The notes beneath the pieces were generated by a model. The model saw nothing but the letters and a program-made list of their open reading frames with translations. It was not told the origin of the DNA and searched no databases. From Sphyrna mokarran (taxonomy: Eukaryota), in assembly GCA_024679065.1 (NCBI GenBank), contig JAGIQG010000028.1, positions 23,002,001 to 23,066,000 on the forward strand: a stretch of DNA of 64,000 nt, read 5' to 3'. Numbering within the stretch: the stretch's first letter is position 1; every line of letters begins with the position of its first letter. Positions 61,100-64,000 of this stretch are shown here, piece after piece. The position numbers and the translations under genes were made by a program.

Positions 61100-63030
61100 A
61101 CAATTGGACACTTTTTGAATGCCTTTTTGAAATACAAATATGTTTCTAGACCTACTGGTTCCCCTTTTTCTATCCTACTCCTTCTATCCTGAAGGAACTC
61201 TTAATTTGTTAAGCATGATTCTTCCTTCCCTGAACAGTGCTGACTCTGATTGTATTCTCATCTGCTAAGTGTCCTGCTACTAATGAATTTTAGCATTTCG
61301 CTACTGACAATGTTAGACTGTCTATCGTTTATTGCTTTCTGCCTTCCTTTTTTGAATAGTGTTAGAATTGCCATTTTACAATCTGCTGGGACCTGATCAG
61401 AACCTAGGGAGTTTTGGTCGATAACAATCCAATGCATCCACTATTTGCTGTCGTTTCTATAAGACCAGGTTCTGAGGATTTTTCAACCTTTAATGCTATT
61501 AATTTTAATTGTACTTGTTCTCTAGTGACAGCAACTGTTAAAGTTGCTCCTTTTTGCGTCTTGATTTTTAACTATATTGGAGAGGTTTTCTGTGACTTCC
61601 ACTGTGAAGACAGATTCAAATGTTTGTTCAAATCTCTGCTATTTCCTCTTTTTTAACTTATTTAGGGGGATGTGGGTGTCATAGGCCTTGAACTGAATGT
61701 ATTTCTGAGGACATTTTAAGAGTCAACCAGATTTCCTTCCCTAAAGGACATTAGTGAACCAGACGGGTTTTTACAACAATTTGCAATGGGTTCGTGGTCA
61801 TCGGTTGACTTTTAGTTCCAGACTTTTTAAAAAAATTGAATTCAAATTTCATCATCTGCCTCGGTGATGATTTGATCCCAGGTCCTCAAGTGCATTTTCT
61901 GGGGCCTCTAGGATTACTAGTCCAGTGACAATACCACTATGGCATTGCCTCCGCCATTTCCCATTACTAATTCCCCAGTCTTCCCTCTAAGGAACCAGCG
62001 CTCACTTTAGTTACTCTTTTTATGTACTTGCTTTTACAGTTTTTTATTTGCTGATTTTCTCTTGTTTCCATTTCTCTCTCTATTTTGTTTTAGTCAGCTT
62101 CTGGTTTCTAAAATTATCCCAACCTTCTTGGCTACCACTAATCTGCTAGTCTTTTGTACATAATTTCTTTCAATCTGATTCTTGTAATGGTGTCTTTCCC
62201 CATAACCCTTTAAATTAATCCTGTTCAAGTAGATGTCCAGTAGTCTTTTGAAAGTATGGAATCTGGTTCCACTACCTTCAAAGATTTCTATATGTTGATC
62301 TACGTGTCCTCTGGTGACTGCACTGTAAAAAGTGTAATGTATTTTGGGGCAGCCAGTGGTTATAAAAGGCAGTACATAAGGGCAAGTTTTTTCTGCTCTT
62401 GCACTCATAACTATGGTGCTATTTAGATTATACTGCCTCACTACTTCATTTCTTCTAAAATGTGTCACTTCACACTTAAAGCTCATTAAATGATGTACCT
62501 GCCTATGTAATCAACTGTCCGTGTCCTCCTGAAGTTTGCTACTGTTCTCATCACTATACTACATTGCCAAATTTTGTATCATCCACAAATTTTGGAATTA
62601 TATATTCTGTAGCCATGTCTTGATCATTCATATATAACTAAAAGTGCAATGGGGTTCCAATACTGGGAGTCCCCCATTCCTTTATCAGAAAAACATGCAC
62701 TTATTATTACCCTCTGTCTCCTAACTATCAGCTAATTATTTACCCAAGTTGTTGTTGTTCCTGAATACCATTTACTTCTGAGTGCAATAAGTGATGTCTT
62801 GAAAATCCAAATGTTACAACATCTACTGCACGATCTTCATCAATCCTCTCTGTTACTTCATCAAATAACTCAACCAGGTCAGTCATATCCTATTTGCATA
62901 CAATGCCAGCTGCCCCTCAGTAACTCATGCCTCTCCAAGTAAAAATTTAGTCCTTGATAGTAGACTCCAGTAGTCTTCTGAATGCCAACAGGCTTATGGT
63001 TACCAGGTTGATCCTTCCATTTGAGGTAGT
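61100..63030 (-). mobile_element. Fragmented CR1 pieces with a nested old SINE (61655-61955)
   Basis: Reverse-strand LNKHLNLSSQ (decayed LN.YF.SVFT), KFVDDTKFG, MSFKCEVTHF.R. Confidence 0.55.
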
Positions 63031-63613
63031 TTTCTGCTGTTGCTTGGCCTGAAAGTATATTTCAGAGATGGTCAATTTTCTGCACTCCTGAAACAAAACG
63101 CATTTGCTTTTTGGTTAGGAAATCTACATTTCAGAGAAGCATAGATCTGGGGCAATTTGATCAAGTTTTATCAGATGATTAAAAGGAATTAATTGTATTC
63201 AAATCAATAACTTTGTTCCAATTAAATATATAGGGCTGTCATAATTTTAGGTTCTATAAAGCAGATCTAAGCTTGACACCAAGAAAGCTCACTCATGGAT
63301 ATTGGACTGGGCTCCTGCATAAATTGCTGCATCTTATTGTCCATAGCAAGAGCAACACCGTTTAAAGCAAAGTGGCAACCAAAATGGAGGTATTCGTTAA
63401 TTAACAAGTGTACTCATTAATATTTTCTTCCAGACCTTGATTGAGCTTTCTTGGTCAGGATGGACTGTGTATATTTCATTCCTTTTCTGCTTTCTATGCC
63501 CACTGACAACACAGAAGTCAACTGACATACTTCCATTCAAAGTAAATTTCCACAGGGGCATGGATCAAAACATGATCGTTCACAGTCTTTGTACTCAATA
63601 ACACTAGGCCATG

Positions 63614-63906
63614 TCATAGAATCAGAGAATCCTACAATGCAGAAGGAGGCCATTCAGCCCATCGAGTCTGCACCAACCACAATCCCACCATGGCCCTATC
63701 CCCATAACCCCATGCATTTATCCTAGCTAGTACCCTTAACACTAAGGGACAATTAGTATAGCCAATCCACCTAACCTGCACATATTTGGATTGTGGGAGA
63801 AACTCACAGACATGGGGAGAATGTGCTAACTGCACACAGAGACCCAAGCCAGGAATCAAATTGAAGTCCCTGGCACTGTGAGGCAGCAGTTCTAACCACT
63901 ATGCCA
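63614..63906 (-). mobile_element. HE1-like V-SINE
   Basis: Tail catagaatcagagaatcctacaatgcagaaggaggccattc; head gcactgtgaggcagcagttctaaccact. Confidence 0.8.
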
Positions 63907-64000
63907 TCTAATTTACCAACTGACTCAGCAATGGCACTCAGAATAAGATCATGAAAGAAGCAGACATCACTCATCAATCTGTCCTACAATGGTGCCAAGT

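Overview
AT-rich vertebrate genomic DNA. The repeat content (HE1-like V-SINEs, CR1, L2, Rex1/Babar, Penelope-like, DeuSINE- and LF-SINE-like elements) points to a shark or other elasmobranch; this is an inference. The window holds the 3' part of one + strand gene, SPEN (SHARP/MINT). I traced 12 coding exons by splice sites and frame from 22668 to the TGA at 52473-52475. They total 10,546 coding nt, i.e. 1 nt plus 3,515 codons including the stop, in a continuous frame. They encode RRM2-4, the large disordered region (one 8,665-nt exon), the RBPJ-binding segment and the SPOC domain. Bases 1-22667 look like one long intron, so the first exons lie outside the window. A poly(A) signal sits at 53645, and downstream is a stack of nested retroelements. 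I see no evidence of a wholly new multi-gene system. Best leads: (1) a GC-AG intron in front of the giant exon; (2) a 30/33-nt coding tandem array whose unit resembles a conserved SPEN motif; (3) candidate linear motifs (PxVxL, SARNP-like RxxRF, EEGEI-like, AT-hook); (4) Penelope-derived minimal hammerhead cores and foldback elements in introns; (5) a candidate poison exon. Comparisons with human SPEN and repeat consensuses are from memory, not from a search, and repeat boundaries are approximate.
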